A stretch of DNA of 64,000 bases from Candidatus Binataceae bacterium (lineage in GTDB: Bacteria; Desulfobacterota; Binatia; Binatales; Binataceae). Under the pieces are notes generated by a model. That model searched no databases. It had not been told where the DNA came from and worked only from the letters and a program-made list of their open reading frames with translations. Shown in pieces: positions 47,998 to 57,797 of this stretch. The DNA lies in NCBI GenBank assembly GCA_035524095.1, contig DATKPK010000134.1:24515-88514 (forward strand), read 5' to 3'. The translations under genes were made by a program, and so were the position numbers. Every line of letters begins with the position of its first letter. Positions within the stretch are counted from its first letter, which is position 1.

Positions 47998-48756
47998 CTA
48001 TGCTACGCCGACCGCACCAGCTACCGCCGATTTAGCATTCAGCGCGTCCGACAATACGCTGGCGATCAGGCTGTACACTTCGCGATTCACAATCAACCCG
48101 ATATGGCGCCCGCCAACTTCGCAATTCCGGCCGCCCTGATCGAGGCATGTGCGCCAATCAAGGACCTCGTCTTCGCGCGTGTAAATCGACGTGAAGGCCC
48201 GCAAATCACGCGTCGCCATCTCCAGGATACGCGCGAAGCCGCACTTGCATTGCGCTGTCCCGCATTCCGGGGGCGCACCCGCAATCCTCTGCCACAGCCC
48301 CGCAACGCTCTGCATCAATGGCCGCACTTCATGGTTAATGGATTCCCAATCATTGCTGATCGGCGCGCCAAGCCCAATCACGTGGCTGACATGCTCTGGT
48401 ATCCCGATACCGATTGAGCGCGCCATCACTCCGCCCAGACTATGTCCAATAATCGAGACGCGTCCGTGCCCTTCCTGCGCGATACCTTTGACTCGCGCCT
48501 CAAGCCGCTCGAGCTTCTCGCGTGGACAGCCGAGATTGAGATCGATTCCCGAAAGGTAGGGTTGATAGCCGATTCGCTTCAGCCAGCGCGCCATCGGCGC
48601 CATGATCCAGTCCCCGGCAAAGAAGCCCGGAATCAGCAGGACGGGTTGGCCGCTGCCGTGCTTTACTTCCCGGCCGTAGCAGATTGGATTCCGCAGCAGC
48701 CCTGCTAGCTGCTGGTAATAGTCCATGGTGGAAGCGGTAGTAAGCTCAAACAGCAC
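47998..48756 (-). CDS. Alpha/beta hydrolase (lipase/esterase-like)
   Basis: GHSLGG nucleophile elbow and a PGFFAGD oxyanion region. 252 aa. Adjacent to the PHA locus. Confidence 0.7.
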   Translation of the reverse strand: MLFELTTASTMDYYQQLAGLLRNPICYGREVKHGSGQPVLLIPGFFAGDWIMAPMARWLKRIGYQPYLSGIDLNLGCPREKLERLEARVKGIAQEGHGRVSIIGHSLGGVMARSIGIGIPEHVSHVIGLGAPISNDWESINHEVRPLMQSVAGLWQRIAGAPPECGTAQCKCGFARILEMATRDLRAFTSIYTREDEVLDWRTCLDQGGRNCEVGGRHIGLIVNREVYSLIASVLSDALNAKSAVAGAVGVA

Positions 48757-49055
48757 AGCGCCAGCTAGCCTTTCACAATACAGATTTCGGCGATACTAGA
48801 CAGCTTAGCCGCTGATAGTAAAGCCTCTGGCGGCAATGAAAAGCTCACGACCACAAGCGGCCCCCAACCTGAATCAACAGTGGGAAAATACGCTGGAGCG
48901 TGGCTCCCCGATCCTGGCTGTTCTCCCATCCTGAGGCCGCGCCTCTCACTGACGACGGCATCCGCGAGCCGTCATCTCGCCGCCAAAAGAAAAGCGCCCG
49001 TCATCGACGGGCGCTTCACTCCGGCGTCAGTGCTTGGAGGCCAAGCACGGCAACT

Positions 49056-49328
49056 CTAGTTCTGCGCTTGCAACTGCCATAGCGAACGCGCCGTTGAGAC
49101 CGAGCGCTCGATCAGCTTGCGCGCCAGTTTCTGCTGCGCTTCGATCATCGGTGCGAGTGGCGTCTCCTTGGCCCAGCCCGTCACCTTCTCCTGCATCTCG
49201 AGCGCCTGCGTCGCGAACTTCTCGCTCGCATCGATATACCAGGCGGCCGCTTTCTTAGCGCCCTCGAGGTTCACGAACGGGTTCTCGCCAAGTTTGCTGA
49301 ATGCCTCAAAATATCCTTTTTCCGCCAC
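49056..49328 (-). CDS. Small helical phasin-like protein
   Basis: 90-aa amphipathic helical protein immediately downstream of phaC. Annotation rests on context only. Confidence 0.4.
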   Translation of the reverse strand: MAEKGYFEAFSKLGENPFVNLEGAKKAAAWYIDASEKFATQALEMQEKVTGWAKETPLAPMIEAQQKLARKLIERSVSTARSLWQLQAQN

Positions 49329-49448
49329 TGACTATTCCTCCATGCCCGTTTCGGGTCGATTTTTACCGCGTCTCCCTGACGCCGCTATCTCACTAATTTA
49401 ATCACTCAAACTCGTGCGCCGTGAGGCGTTTGGTCACTTTGGTGACAC

Positions 49449-50570
49449 TTAATTACGATTCTCTAAGCCGTTCGCGTCGCGCTCGGCCAGCCATGCGCCG
49501 ATCTGCGGCCACAGCTTCTTCATCGCTCCCGCACTTACCACCGCTCCCAGATGCCCCGTCGGAAAAGTCAGCGTGCGCTTGTCGGCGCTGCCGATCTTTT
49601 CGACCATTCCGAGGCTTGAACTCGGATGCACCACGTCGTCATGCTCTGCGATTACGTTCAGCACCGGGCAATTTATCTCGCCCAAATCCACCAACCGGTC
49701 GCCGACTTTAAACTCGCCCTTCGCCAACAGGTTGCGCTTGAAGATTTGTCCCGTCAGCTCCTTGAAAATCCGCCCGGCCAGCGGCACATCGCTCTGCATC
49801 CACAGCTCGAACAACTCGAACATATCGGCATAACCGTCACGCTCGGCGTTGCGGTAAAGTCCCACGTACTTGTCAAATGCATGATGGACTGGCGCCATCG
49901 CCGTGAACCCCATGTTCACCATCCACGCCGGACAATTGCCGTAGACCTTCGTGATCAGGTCGATCGTCGAGTCGTTCATCCCGTCCATCACGTTGTAGAT
50001 CGAAATCTCCCGCGTGCTCATGTCGAACGGGATCGTCAGCGTCAGCAGATTCGCGACGTTTTCCGGATGCAGAGCGGTATAGAGCAGGCTCAAAAGTGCT
50101 CCGAAGCAATAGCCCAGCACGTTGACCTGTTCTACCCCCTCTTCGATCTGCACCGCTCGTACGGCGTTGGCCAACTCCTCGTTTACGTAGGAATCAAACC
50201 CGCGCCACGTGTCGCCTTCGGCTGGCGGCAGCCAGTCGATCAGATAGACCTCGAAGCCCTGACTCAGCAGGCTCCTGACCACCGACTTGTCTGGCTGCAA
50301 ATCAAGGATAAACGGCCGCTTGATCAGCGCGTACACGATCAGCACTGGCGTCGCATGCTTCCGCACTTCAGGCCGGTAATGCCGCAAGCTGACCACGCCC
50401 GCGCGGTAGATTACTTCGTAAGGCGTCACCGGCGCCGGGTCGGCTTCGACTTGTGAGCCGAAGCCGCGGCCAACCGCGTCGAAAGTCCGAAGCGCGCCTT
50501 CCATCCAGTAGCTGGCGATATCGTTAAAGAGCGACACTCTTCTTCTCCTGGCGCTGTTGACGTGGCGCAT
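49449..50570 (-). CDS. phaC: Poly(R)-hydroxyalkanoate synthase, class III/IV-type PhaC subunit
   Basis: Alpha/beta-hydrolase fold with the lipase-box Cys GYCFG, a downstream Asp (AEHDDVVHP) and His (PTGHLG). 373 aa. A possible later ATG (MEGAL) would remove the overlap with the upstream gene. Confidence 0.8.
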   Translation of the reverse strand: MRHVNSARRRRVSLFNDIASYWMEGALRTFDAVGRGFGSQVEADPAPVTPYEVIYRAGVVSLRHYRPEVRKHATPVLIVYALIKRPFILDLQPDKSVVRSLLSQGFEVYLIDWLPPAEGDTWRGFDSYVNEELANAVRAVQIEEGVEQVNVLGYCFGALLSLLYTALHPENVANLLTLTIPFDMSTREISIYNVMDGMNDSTIDLITKVYGNCPAWMVNMGFTAMAPVHHAFDKYVGLYRNAERDGYADMFELFELWMQSDVPLAGRIFKELTGQIFKRNLLAKGEFKVGDRLVDLGEINCPVLNVIAEHDDVVHPSSSLGMVEKIGSADKRTLTFPTGHLGAVVSAGAMKKLWPQIGAWLAERDANGLENRN

Positions 50571-51063
50571 CTGACGGCTTCATGCCATTCCAGATAATCT
50601 GGGCCGACGCGTTCTGGGCTTCCGCCGCACGCGCCGCCGCATAAACGTCATCGATCGGGTCGAAGCTCTCTTGTGCCGCCCGCAACGCACGGACCTCTTC
50701 GCGCAAGCCCTCGACCGTCCGATTCAGCCGCTCGACATCCTTTGCCGCCGGCAACCCTACTACCGGCAGCAGATCGCGGAAGATTCCCGACGCCATCGCA
50801 TCGCTCGCGCGCCGCGCTTGCAGCCCGATTTCGAGCGTCTGTGCCGCTATCTGTCCGAATGCCGGGTTTGCATAGAGCTCATTCGCCGATTCATTGGCGA
50901 TTCGCACAAACGCGTCATAAGCCTTCCAGCCCGCCGCATACAGCGCTTGGTCGTCTTTCTCTTCAGACAGCAGCCGTCGCGCTGCTGCCGTCGGCAGCTC
51001 TATAAGAGCCGCTTCAAAGAAATTTGCCACATCGCTCATCATCTTCGACTGTTTGTTGCTCAT
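50524..51063 (-). CDS. Putative PHA synthase PhaE/PhaR-type small subunit
   Basis: 179-aa helical protein directly upstream of and overlapping phaC, as in phaE-phaC / phaR-phaC operons. Similarity is judged from position and composition only. Confidence 0.45.
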   Translation of the reverse strand: MSNKQSKMMSDVANFFEAALIELPTAAARRLLSEEKDDQALYAAGWKAYDAFVRIANESANELYANPAFGQIAAQTLEIGLQARRASDAMASGIFRDLLPVVGLPAAKDVERLNRTVEGLREEVRALRAAQESFDPIDDVYAAARAAEAQNASAQIIWNGMKPSDAPRQQRQEKKSVAL

Positions 51064-51283
51064 CTTAATTCAACCCCACCCTACTTGTGCCTACTTCCTG
51101 CGCCTATACGCTCACTGTTTGTCATCTCTAACAGTCAGAAGTTTAGGTCAGGTTAACGCCGTGTCATAGATTAGCGATGCTTAAGTCTGTCACGCACACG
51201 ACCAAATCTCCCGATCGCTTCGCTTTAACCCCTTTATTTGTCGCCTTGGCGACATCTCCCCGCCCTGTGCTACGACTCCCAGT

Positions 51284-51991
51284 GTGGTTTCTCATTCCAA
51301 CATCGACGCCAGGATGCTGGGCCGGCTGAAAACTCTAGCTTGGCTTAGCCGAGACCAGCTTGAAGGACTTGCACAAAGCCTAACTCCGCTACGGGTGAAA
51401 CGCCGCGATGCCATCTTCCACGAAGGCGAAGCCTCCAACCGCGTCTTCGTCCTTCTTTCCGGCGTCGCCAAACTCTCTTATGTCAGCCGCGACGAGCCAG
51501 TTCTGGTTGGCCTTGTCGGCCCTGGTGAGATTTTCGGCGTCTCCTCTCTCCTCCCAAGCGCAACCCGCCCCTTTCGCTGCGAGGCGTTTAGCGATTGTCT
51601 GGTCGGTGTCAGCCGTCCCGAGACCTTCGTCGGCCTCATGCTGGGTGTGCCGATGGAACGCTTCAGCCGCACGCTCGACGTCACCGTCGGACGTTGGTGG
51701 ACAATGCTCCAGCGCTACACCAATTTTGTCGGTCTGAGCGTGCGCGAACGCCTCGCCGGCGCCCTGCTCGAACTCGGGCTCAAATTCGGCGTCGAGGATT
51801 CACGCGGCCTGCTGTTGACTCTCAAACTGACCCACGCGGACCTCGCCGAGCTGGTCGGCGCCTCGCGCCAGCGCACCACCGAGCAATTGAACGATTTCGA
51901 AAACGAAAAAGTCCTTTTGCGTGACGGCCGCCGGCTGATTATCGTGCCCGACCGGCTGCGCGAGTTGGTACAAGCGTCTCCAATCGAATAA
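51284..51991 (+). CDS. Crp/Fnr-family transcriptional regulator
   Basis: cNMP-binding-like beta-roll (GEIFGVSSL) and a C-terminal HTH (LTHADLAELVGASRQRTTEQL). 235 aa. Confidence 0.8.
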   Translation: MVSHSNIDARMLGRLKTLAWLSRDQLEGLAQSLTPLRVKRRDAIFHEGEASNRVFVLLSGVAKLSYVSRDEPVLVGLVGPGEIFGVSSLLPSATRPFRCEAFSDCLVGVSRPETFVGLMLGVPMERFSRTLDVTVGRWWTMLQRYTNFVGLSVRERLAGALLELGLKFGVEDSRGLLLTLKLTHADLAELVGASRQRTTEQLNDFENEKVLLRDGRRLIIVPDRLRELVQASPIE

Positions 51992-52073
51992 CCTACGCCG
52001 AGTCCTCGTAAGCCTCGCCGGCTAGCCGGAAGCTTCCGAGGCATGCGCACAAGGATAAGGACTAAGGATTACG

Positions 52074-52910
52074 ATGACGGCGCAAAGCAAATTCATCGAC
52101 GCCAACGGCCTCCAACTGCATTATCTCGATTTCGGCAATTCCAGCGCGCCCCCAATCATCTGCATCCACGGCCTGAGCGGCAATGCTCATAACTTCGATG
52201 GCCTCGCTCCGCGCCTCGCAAACCGTTACCACGTACTGTCACTCGACGTCCGTGGCCGCGGCGACAGCGCGTGGGGCCCCGCCACCGACTACAATCCCGT
52301 CACTTACGTCGCCGACCTCGACGCTTTTATCAGTGCGCTCAGCCTCGGCCGTGTCAGCCTGATAGGCACTTCGATGGGCGGTATCATCTCGATGATCTTC
52401 GCGGGTGGGTATCCTGAAAGGGTCGAACGGCTAGTCCTCAACGACATCGGTCCCGAAATCGATCCGGCTGGCTTGAAGCGCATCACCGATTATTTCACTG
52501 AAGCGCCCACTGAGTTCCACGATATGGCCGAAGTCGCCGCTTACTATCGCGCCAACTATCCGTTCCTGACTCACGCACCCGAAGCTGAGTTGATCGAGTT
52601 CGTCAAATGGGCGGTCAAACCGACACCCGAGGGCCGCTTGACCTGGAAGATCGATCCCTCCGTGCGCAACGTCCCGCGCACCGGTGCCGCTGCCCGCCCG
52701 ATAGATATGTGGGTGCCCTTCGCCCGCATCCAGGCCCGGATGCTAGTGATTCGTGGCGCCGACAGCGACATCCTCGCCGCCGCCACCGCCGAGCGGATGA
52801 CGATGGTGGTCCCGGGCACTCAGACCGTCGAGGTTCCCGGCGTCGGTCACGCCCCGACCCTCAACGAATCCGCTGCCACGTCCGCCATCCTTCATTTCTT
52901 CAACGCCTGA
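52074..52910 (+). CDS. Alpha/beta hydrolase
   Basis: ICIHGLSGNAHNF, DVRGRGDS and GTSMGG. 278 aa. Confidence 0.8.
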   Translation: MTAQSKFIDANGLQLHYLDFGNSSAPPIICIHGLSGNAHNFDGLAPRLANRYHVLSLDVRGRGDSAWGPATDYNPVTYVADLDAFISALSLGRVSLIGTSMGGIISMIFAGGYPERVERLVLNDIGPEIDPAGLKRITDYFTEAPTEFHDMAEVAAYYRANYPFLTHAPEAELIEFVKWAVKPTPEGRLTWKIDPSVRNVPRTGAAARPIDMWVPFARIQARMLVIRGADSDILAAATAERMTMVVPGTQTVEVPGVGHAPTLNESAATSAILHFFNA

Positions 52911-53138
52911 CAACTCGGCGCCATGGCGCGCCTACTCAAGAACTGTGTTTCTCAGTTGGAGAGAGGTGCCCGCACTTAAGCACCGTTATCTTCGTTGTCC
53001 TCCGAGAACCCAGAGTGATTGCGACCCACGTGTATTGTGATATTCGCCATCAGGCTCAACGCCGGCATCGCACTGTATCCGGGACGTTCCGAGTCAAACA
53101 TTAACAATTCCGATGAAATCGCCAGTACCGTCCGCTGC

Positions 53139-54224
53139 TCAGTTCGCCGTCGCGAGGCGTCGGCGCAACCGCTCCGATTCCTGGCCGATCGCGCGCGCGA
53201 CTCCAAGACCAATTGCCTGCCACGGCGGTATTCCTGCGAATGCCTCGCCGATCGCGTAGAGCGTCCGCATCGAAAACCGCGGCTCGTTCGCGATCGCGAA
53301 AATCGTCTCCCAGTGCTTCGGCGCCATCTTCATCCGAAACCGCTCGAGCCCGCGAAAATTGTAAAAGCGATTCGCATGTGCCCGCGCGATCATCATCATC
53401 AGCCGCAGCCACCACGGATTCGTTTTGATACCCGCCGCCCGCGTTGATAGCGCCACCAATCCGAGCGTCGCGAAATCCCGCCCTTCGTCGGCCAAGTGGC
53501 GCATCGCTGCGTCAATCAAAAGCTCGCTGGAGCCATTCGGCGCCCACGGCGATCGCGCTACCTGTTCGATCAGATAGCCGTTGCGCGCGGCCACCGGTGA
53601 CGCCACCAGAAAGGCGACTGCTTTCTCCTCGCGCCGCGCCACCATCGTCATCCGATCCGGATGCTCTGCGCGCGCAATCTGTGGTTCAACCAGAAAATGC
53701 AGCGGCGGCAAGGCTCGCGCGTTGAGCCACTCATCAAGGATCCGTTGGAGTTCAGACTCCGCTTGCCCAGATCTATCAGCGATCCTCTCGACTGTTAGCC
53801 CTTTGTTCCGTGCCCGTGCCACCTGACTCCGAATCGCCCGCCGCGCCACTGCAAGCTCCGGCCATTCCTGTGGATTCCACACGGGCTGCGCGCCGATCAC
53901 GATCGTCGAATAGCCGCTCGACCCCTGCACGGTCTCGCGTAAGCGGTCGGCCGCGCAGACGTAACAGACGCGGCAGCCGGCACCGCTCGCGAAGCGCTCA
54001 AACTCGCCGATGACTCCAACAAGCGCCTCCGCTGGACATACGGGGGCACCCGCGACCACAAAAATGTTCCGGCGGCGCATATACGCGACCACCGCTGGCG
54101 TGTTTGGCGCGAACCAGTACTCAAAGCCGGGATTCAGAATTTGATAGGCTGTCGTATTCCAGCCGTAGGTCATCACGAGTTCTCGCACATCCTCGTGATT
54201 CTGCTCCGTACTCGAGTCAGGCAT
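53139..54224 (-). CDS. DUF2156 / MprF C-terminal-like domain protein (aminoacyl-phosphatidylglycerol synthase-like GNAT fold), stand-alone without TM flippase domain
   Basis: 361-aa soluble ORF. N-terminal YGWNTTAYQILNPGFEYWF and overall length are consistent with the LPG_synthase_C family. The assignment rests on motif recall and is not verified. Confidence 0.5.
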   Translation of the reverse strand: MPDSSTEQNHEDVRELVMTYGWNTTAYQILNPGFEYWFAPNTPAVVAYMRRRNIFVVAGAPVCPAEALVGVIGEFERFASGAGCRVCYVCAADRLRETVQGSSGYSTIVIGAQPVWNPQEWPELAVARRAIRSQVARARNKGLTVERIADRSGQAESELQRILDEWLNARALPPLHFLVEPQIARAEHPDRMTMVARREEKAVAFLVASPVAARNGYLIEQVARSPWAPNGSSELLIDAAMRHLADEGRDFATLGLVALSTRAAGIKTNPWWLRLMMMIARAHANRFYNFRGLERFRMKMAPKHWETIFAIANEPRFSMRTLYAIGEAFAGIPPWQAIGLGVARAIGQESERLRRRLATAN

Positions 54225-54463
54225 ACTCAGCGAAACTTTATCATCAGAGGCTATTTAATTTCTTCTCCTCGCCAAGGCAGCGCAAAAGACGCCAGAACCA
54301 AGCCGTCCATGAGCGCTCGTTTACGCACTGACAGCGCGAAGCGGAACCGCGTGAAATCGTTTACGGCGTTGTCGCTCAGACTGACAGACTGAGCACTGGT
54401 TCAGTTTGCCGCGACTGACCACTCTTGACCAACACCCCCACCGACTGTTAGCTAACAACGGTT

Positions 54464-54757
54464 ATGCCGCATATTCCCGTTCATCCGTCGGCGGAAAAGC
54501 GTTTCCGTCAAAGTGTCAAACGCCAACTCCGCAATCATGCGATTAAAACTCGTGTGCGTACCGCCACTAAACGCGCCCTCGAAGCGATTACCGGCAATGA
54601 TCAGGCTGCCGCGGCTGATGCTTTGCGCAACGCCATGAAGGTCCTCGACAAAGCCGTAACCAAGGGTACGATTCCAAGGAACACCGCCTCACGCAAAATC
54701 GCGCGGCTCTCCAAGCGCCTTCACGCTTCTCACGGTACGGCCAAAGCTCAGGCTTGA
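54464..54757 (+). CDS. rpsT: 30S ribosomal protein S20
   Basis: AEKRFRQSVKRQLRNHAIKTRVRTATKRA ... TIPRNTASRKIARLSKRL. 97 aa. Confidence 0.9.
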   Translation: MPHIPVHPSAEKRFRQSVKRQLRNHAIKTRVRTATKRALEAITGNDQAAAADALRNAMKVLDKAVTKGTIPRNTASRKIARLSKRLHASHGTAKAQA

Positions 54758-54806
54758 GCCTCACTACGCCGCGGCGGCTTAGGCTGCTCGATTCGCCCTA
54801 AAATAA

Positions 54807-54835
54807 AAGAGGCGCCCATTATCTCGGCGCCTCTT
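54807..54835. terminator. Bidirectional rho-independent terminator between rpsT and ppk2
   Basis: Perfect 10-bp inverted repeat AAGAGGCGCC / GGCGCCTCTT with a 9-nt loop. It is flanked by AAAATAAAA on the left (a U-tract for the minus-strand transcript) and CTCTATTCC on the right. Confidence 0.6.
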
Positions 54836-54878
54836 CTCTATTCCTTCCAGGCCGATGAGGGTCTCGCAATAGCCATCC

Positions 54879-55826
54879 TTAGTAGTAGTCAGGCACGAAG
54901 GTCTGATCCTCCATCGGCGGACGCACGTAGTCCGTCGGCATCTCCGGACGCGGCGGCAATGCGAACGGTGTCGGCGGCAAATCCTCGTACGGAATCAGGC
55001 TCAGCAGATGACGAATACAGTTCAGCCGCGCCAGCTTCTTATTGTCGGCCTTGACCACCCGCCAAGGCGCCATCTTATGGTCCGTGTGGCTGAACATCGC
55101 GTCCTTAGCCTTTGAATAATCGACCCAGCGGTTACGCGATTCGACGTCCATCGGACTCAGCTTCCAACTCCGTGTCGGATCATTCATGCGGCCCTGGAAA
55201 CGCAGCTCCTGCTCCGCGTCACTAACCGAAAACCAATACTTCACGAGAATCAGCCCGGATCGACACAACATCTGCTCAAATTCTGGGCAACTGCGCAAAA
55301 ATTCGCGGTACTCATCTTCCGTGCAAAAACCCATAACGTGCTCGACACCGGCGCGGTTGTACCAGCTCCGATCAAACAGCACCATCTCGCCCGCCGCCGG
55401 CAGATGCGCGGCGTAACGCTGAAAGTACCATTGGGTTTTTTCCTTTTCGGTCGGCGTGCCCAGCGCGACCACGCGGCAGATACGCGGATTCAACGTTTCG
55501 GTGATTCGTTTGATTACACCACCCTTGCCGGCCGCATCACGGCCCTCGAAAAGCACCAGCACGCGCAGGCCTTTAGCCTTGATCCAGTTCTGCATTTTGA
55601 CCAATTCGATCTGCAGCCGCGCGAGTTCTGCCTCGTAAACATCATTCTTGATTTTGCGCGCTTCGGCCTTGACGTCCCCGTGATGAATCGGTGGTGTCGC
55701 GCCGTTCATATCGCCATTGGCCGCACCGTTTGACGTCACCGTTTTGGCGATGATCACCGCCGGGTCTTTTTCTTTGCCCTTCTCTTTTTTCTTCTTGTCT
55801 TTCTTTTCTTTGGATTTCGCTTTCAT
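54879..55826 (-). CDS. ppk2: Polyphosphate kinase 2
   Basis: Walker A LFEGRDAAGKGG and the PPK2 lid region. Unusual Lys-rich N-terminal tail MKAKSKEKKDKKKKEKGKEKD. 315 aa. Confidence 0.85.
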   Translation of the reverse strand: MKAKSKEKKDKKKKEKGKEKDPAVIIAKTVTSNGAANGDMNGATPPIHHGDVKAEARKIKNDVYEAELARLQIELVKMQNWIKAKGLRVLVLFEGRDAAGKGGVIKRITETLNPRICRVVALGTPTEKEKTQWYFQRYAAHLPAAGEMVLFDRSWYNRAGVEHVMGFCTEDEYREFLRSCPEFEQMLCRSGLILVKYWFSVSDAEQELRFQGRMNDPTRSWKLSPMDVESRNRWVDYSKAKDAMFSHTDHKMAPWRVVKADNKKLARLNCIRHLLSLIPYEDLPPTPFALPPRPEMPTDYVRPPMEDQTFVPDYY

Positions 55827-55967
55827 ACGATGACTCCCGCGCGATGGCCGATCATACTCGATAGCCCCGCAACGCTCGATGCAAATCCCGCGCCCTTACT
55901 CCACGAAACTGACATCTGAAGATTTCTAAGCCAGTCTCAACTTTAATCAACGACGATTGAGCTGATT

Positions 55968-57797
55968 TCAGTCACCAGGTGAATCAGGAGATTGCTTAGT
56001 CACAAGCGCCCGCGGCTTGAGCAGTATCCAGCCCTCAAACTGAGTTGACGGATAGTCCGGGGACGGCCGCACAACAATTAGCAGTGCGGGCATGTTCCCG
56101 TCACAAGCCTCTCGCGTCACCGTCCATTCCGGTCCCGCCGGGTCTCGCGGCTTGGGATCGAAAACCGAGGCAATATCAAAACTTGCTTTGTCGCCATTTT
56201 GGCTGGCCGTAACGAAGTTGCCCGATCGCGAGAGCGCGATTTCACCGATTGCGAGATGGTCCGACCAACTGCAGCCCGACACGCATCCGCTAAGTCCTGC
56301 CGGCACCGGCCTGATCCAGAAGGGCCCTATCAGCCGGTCGTAGTCGCGGGTGTCAACCGTGATCCCGGCTGTGACCGGTGGACGGCTCGGCGAGCTGTTC
56401 AAGGGGAATCCCCAAGTGCTAAGTCCGAGTGTGCCAAGGCGAGCTTCCGCCTCTTGAGGATTGGCAAAAGGGCTGTCCGTAACACTGCTGAACATCGCCG
56501 CGAGCCGCTCCAGCGCGTCAAGATCGTAAAGCGATGTCACGATTGACGCGACCCGTTTATTCGCCGCTACAAGCTGCTTGAAAGTCGCAAGCCGTGGCGG
56601 ATAGAGTTTCAGCTTTCCATCGTCCAGCAGTTTTTGTTGATTGAGCACAATTCGCAGTTGTTCAAGTTGGCTGCGAACTGATACTGCGATAGCGCCCCAC
56701 GGCCCGAAGGACGAAATGATCAGTCCAACCGCAAGACTCGCCGGGATGACGCGCAAGTCTATCCGCCCGCGCGCCCATGCCATGCATCCCGCCATCGCGG
56801 CTAGCCATAGCGCAAAGAGCACCAGGCAGTAGCGTTCGGGCGTGACGCCGTATTGATTTATTCGCTGCCATGCCGCAAGCACCAGCAGTGTCGTCGGCAC
56901 TATCATCAGCCAGCACCACCACCGCATGAACCATCGCACCGCGCGGAAGCCTGCGTCACGCCATGGATATGAGATCATGTAGGTCGCGGTACCGATGACT
57001 CCGAAAGCCACTACCATCCAGCCGATCTCGCCCTTTGGCATTGCGCGCAAGACCGCGATTTTCAGTGCGTAGACATGAAGCACCACAGCGAAGATGACAT
57101 GAAGCACCACAGCGAAGATCAGGATTAGTGGGATCAGCGCGAAATTAATTACGCTTGAAACGGATCTTTCGATCAGATTCGGTTCGGCGCTCAGGACGAA
57201 GCGTTCATCAAAATCTACTGGCACCATCGAAAGTGCATACAATGGTGCAAACAGCGTGCAGCCGGTGCTCCAGATGTAGCCGTATGAATGGTCCAAGTTG
57301 AAGTCGAACAGGAAACTCAAGCTGGCGACTACCAGCGATAACCCTCCGCATACAATCAGCAAAGCAACCAGCGCCATCGCGACGGCGATGCCGAGCTGCA
57401 GATTGAAATGCCAGAACGACTCAATTCTGGCGTTTCGGCGCAGATAGCCGGCAACCATCACTGCCAGCGCCAAGCCTAAAAGCGCAACTAGATTTTGATT
57501 GTAAACTTCGCCATGGAAATGCTCGATCGCACCTGCGCTGGCGCACGCCGCTACCGTCACTCCAAGCTTGATGCTGCCCGCATAACCCCGGCTGATCGCC
57601 CAAAGATTCGCTGCGACGCCCGCCAGAAAGGCTCCGGGACTAATGATGATTATTTCGGCTTCGAGCGAATCATTCAGTTTGAGGACGTGTGCCAGCTCCA
57701 GGTTGAGGGTAAGCGCCAGGCTCACCGCGATCGCGACCGGCACCGGAAATCTCAACAACGAACGAATTTGGCTCGGTAAATCCGCAAACCCCTTCAT
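55968..57797 (-). CDS. Polytopic membrane protein of unknown function with soluble C-terminal domain
   Basis: 609 aa with at least 10 predicted TM helices, then an about-200-aa hydrophilic C-terminus. Contains an in-frame 24-bp tandem duplication. Confidence 0.55.
   Translation of the reverse strand: MKGFADLPSQIRSLLRFPVPVAIAVSLALTLNLELAHVLKLNDSLEAEIIIISPGAFLAGVAANLWAISRGYAGSIKLGVTVAACASAGAIEHFHGEVYNQNLVALLGLALAVMVAGYLRRNARIESFWHFNLQLGIAVAMALVALLIVCGGLSLVVASLSFLFDFNLDHSYGYIWSTGCTLFAPLYALSMVPVDFDERFVLSAEPNLIERSVSSVINFALIPLILIFAVVLHVIFAVVLHVYALKIAVLRAMPKGEIGWMVVAFGVIGTATYMISYPWRDAGFRAVRWFMRWWCWLMIVPTTLLVLAAWQRINQYGVTPERYCLVLFALWLAAMAGCMAWARGRIDLRVIPASLAVGLIISSFGPWGAIAVSVRSQLEQLRIVLNQQKLLDDGKLKLYPPRLATFKQLVAANKRVASIVTSLYDLDALERLAAMFSSVTDSPFANPQEAEARLGTLGLSTWGFPLNSSPSRPPVTAGITVDTRDYDRLIGPFWIRPVPAGLSGCVSGCSWSDHLAIGEIALSRSGNFVTASQNGDKASFDIASVFDPKPRDPAGPEWTVTREACDGNMPALLIVVRPSPDYPSTQFEGWILLKPRALVTKQSPDSPGD
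57073..57120 (-). repeat. 24-bp direct tandem duplication (2 copies, one mismatch) inside the membrane-protein CDS
   Basis: ACATGAAGCACCACAGCGAAGATG followed by ACATGAAGCACCACAGCGAAGATC. This encodes the duplicated peptide HVIFAVVL HVIFAVVL. Confidence 0.9.
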
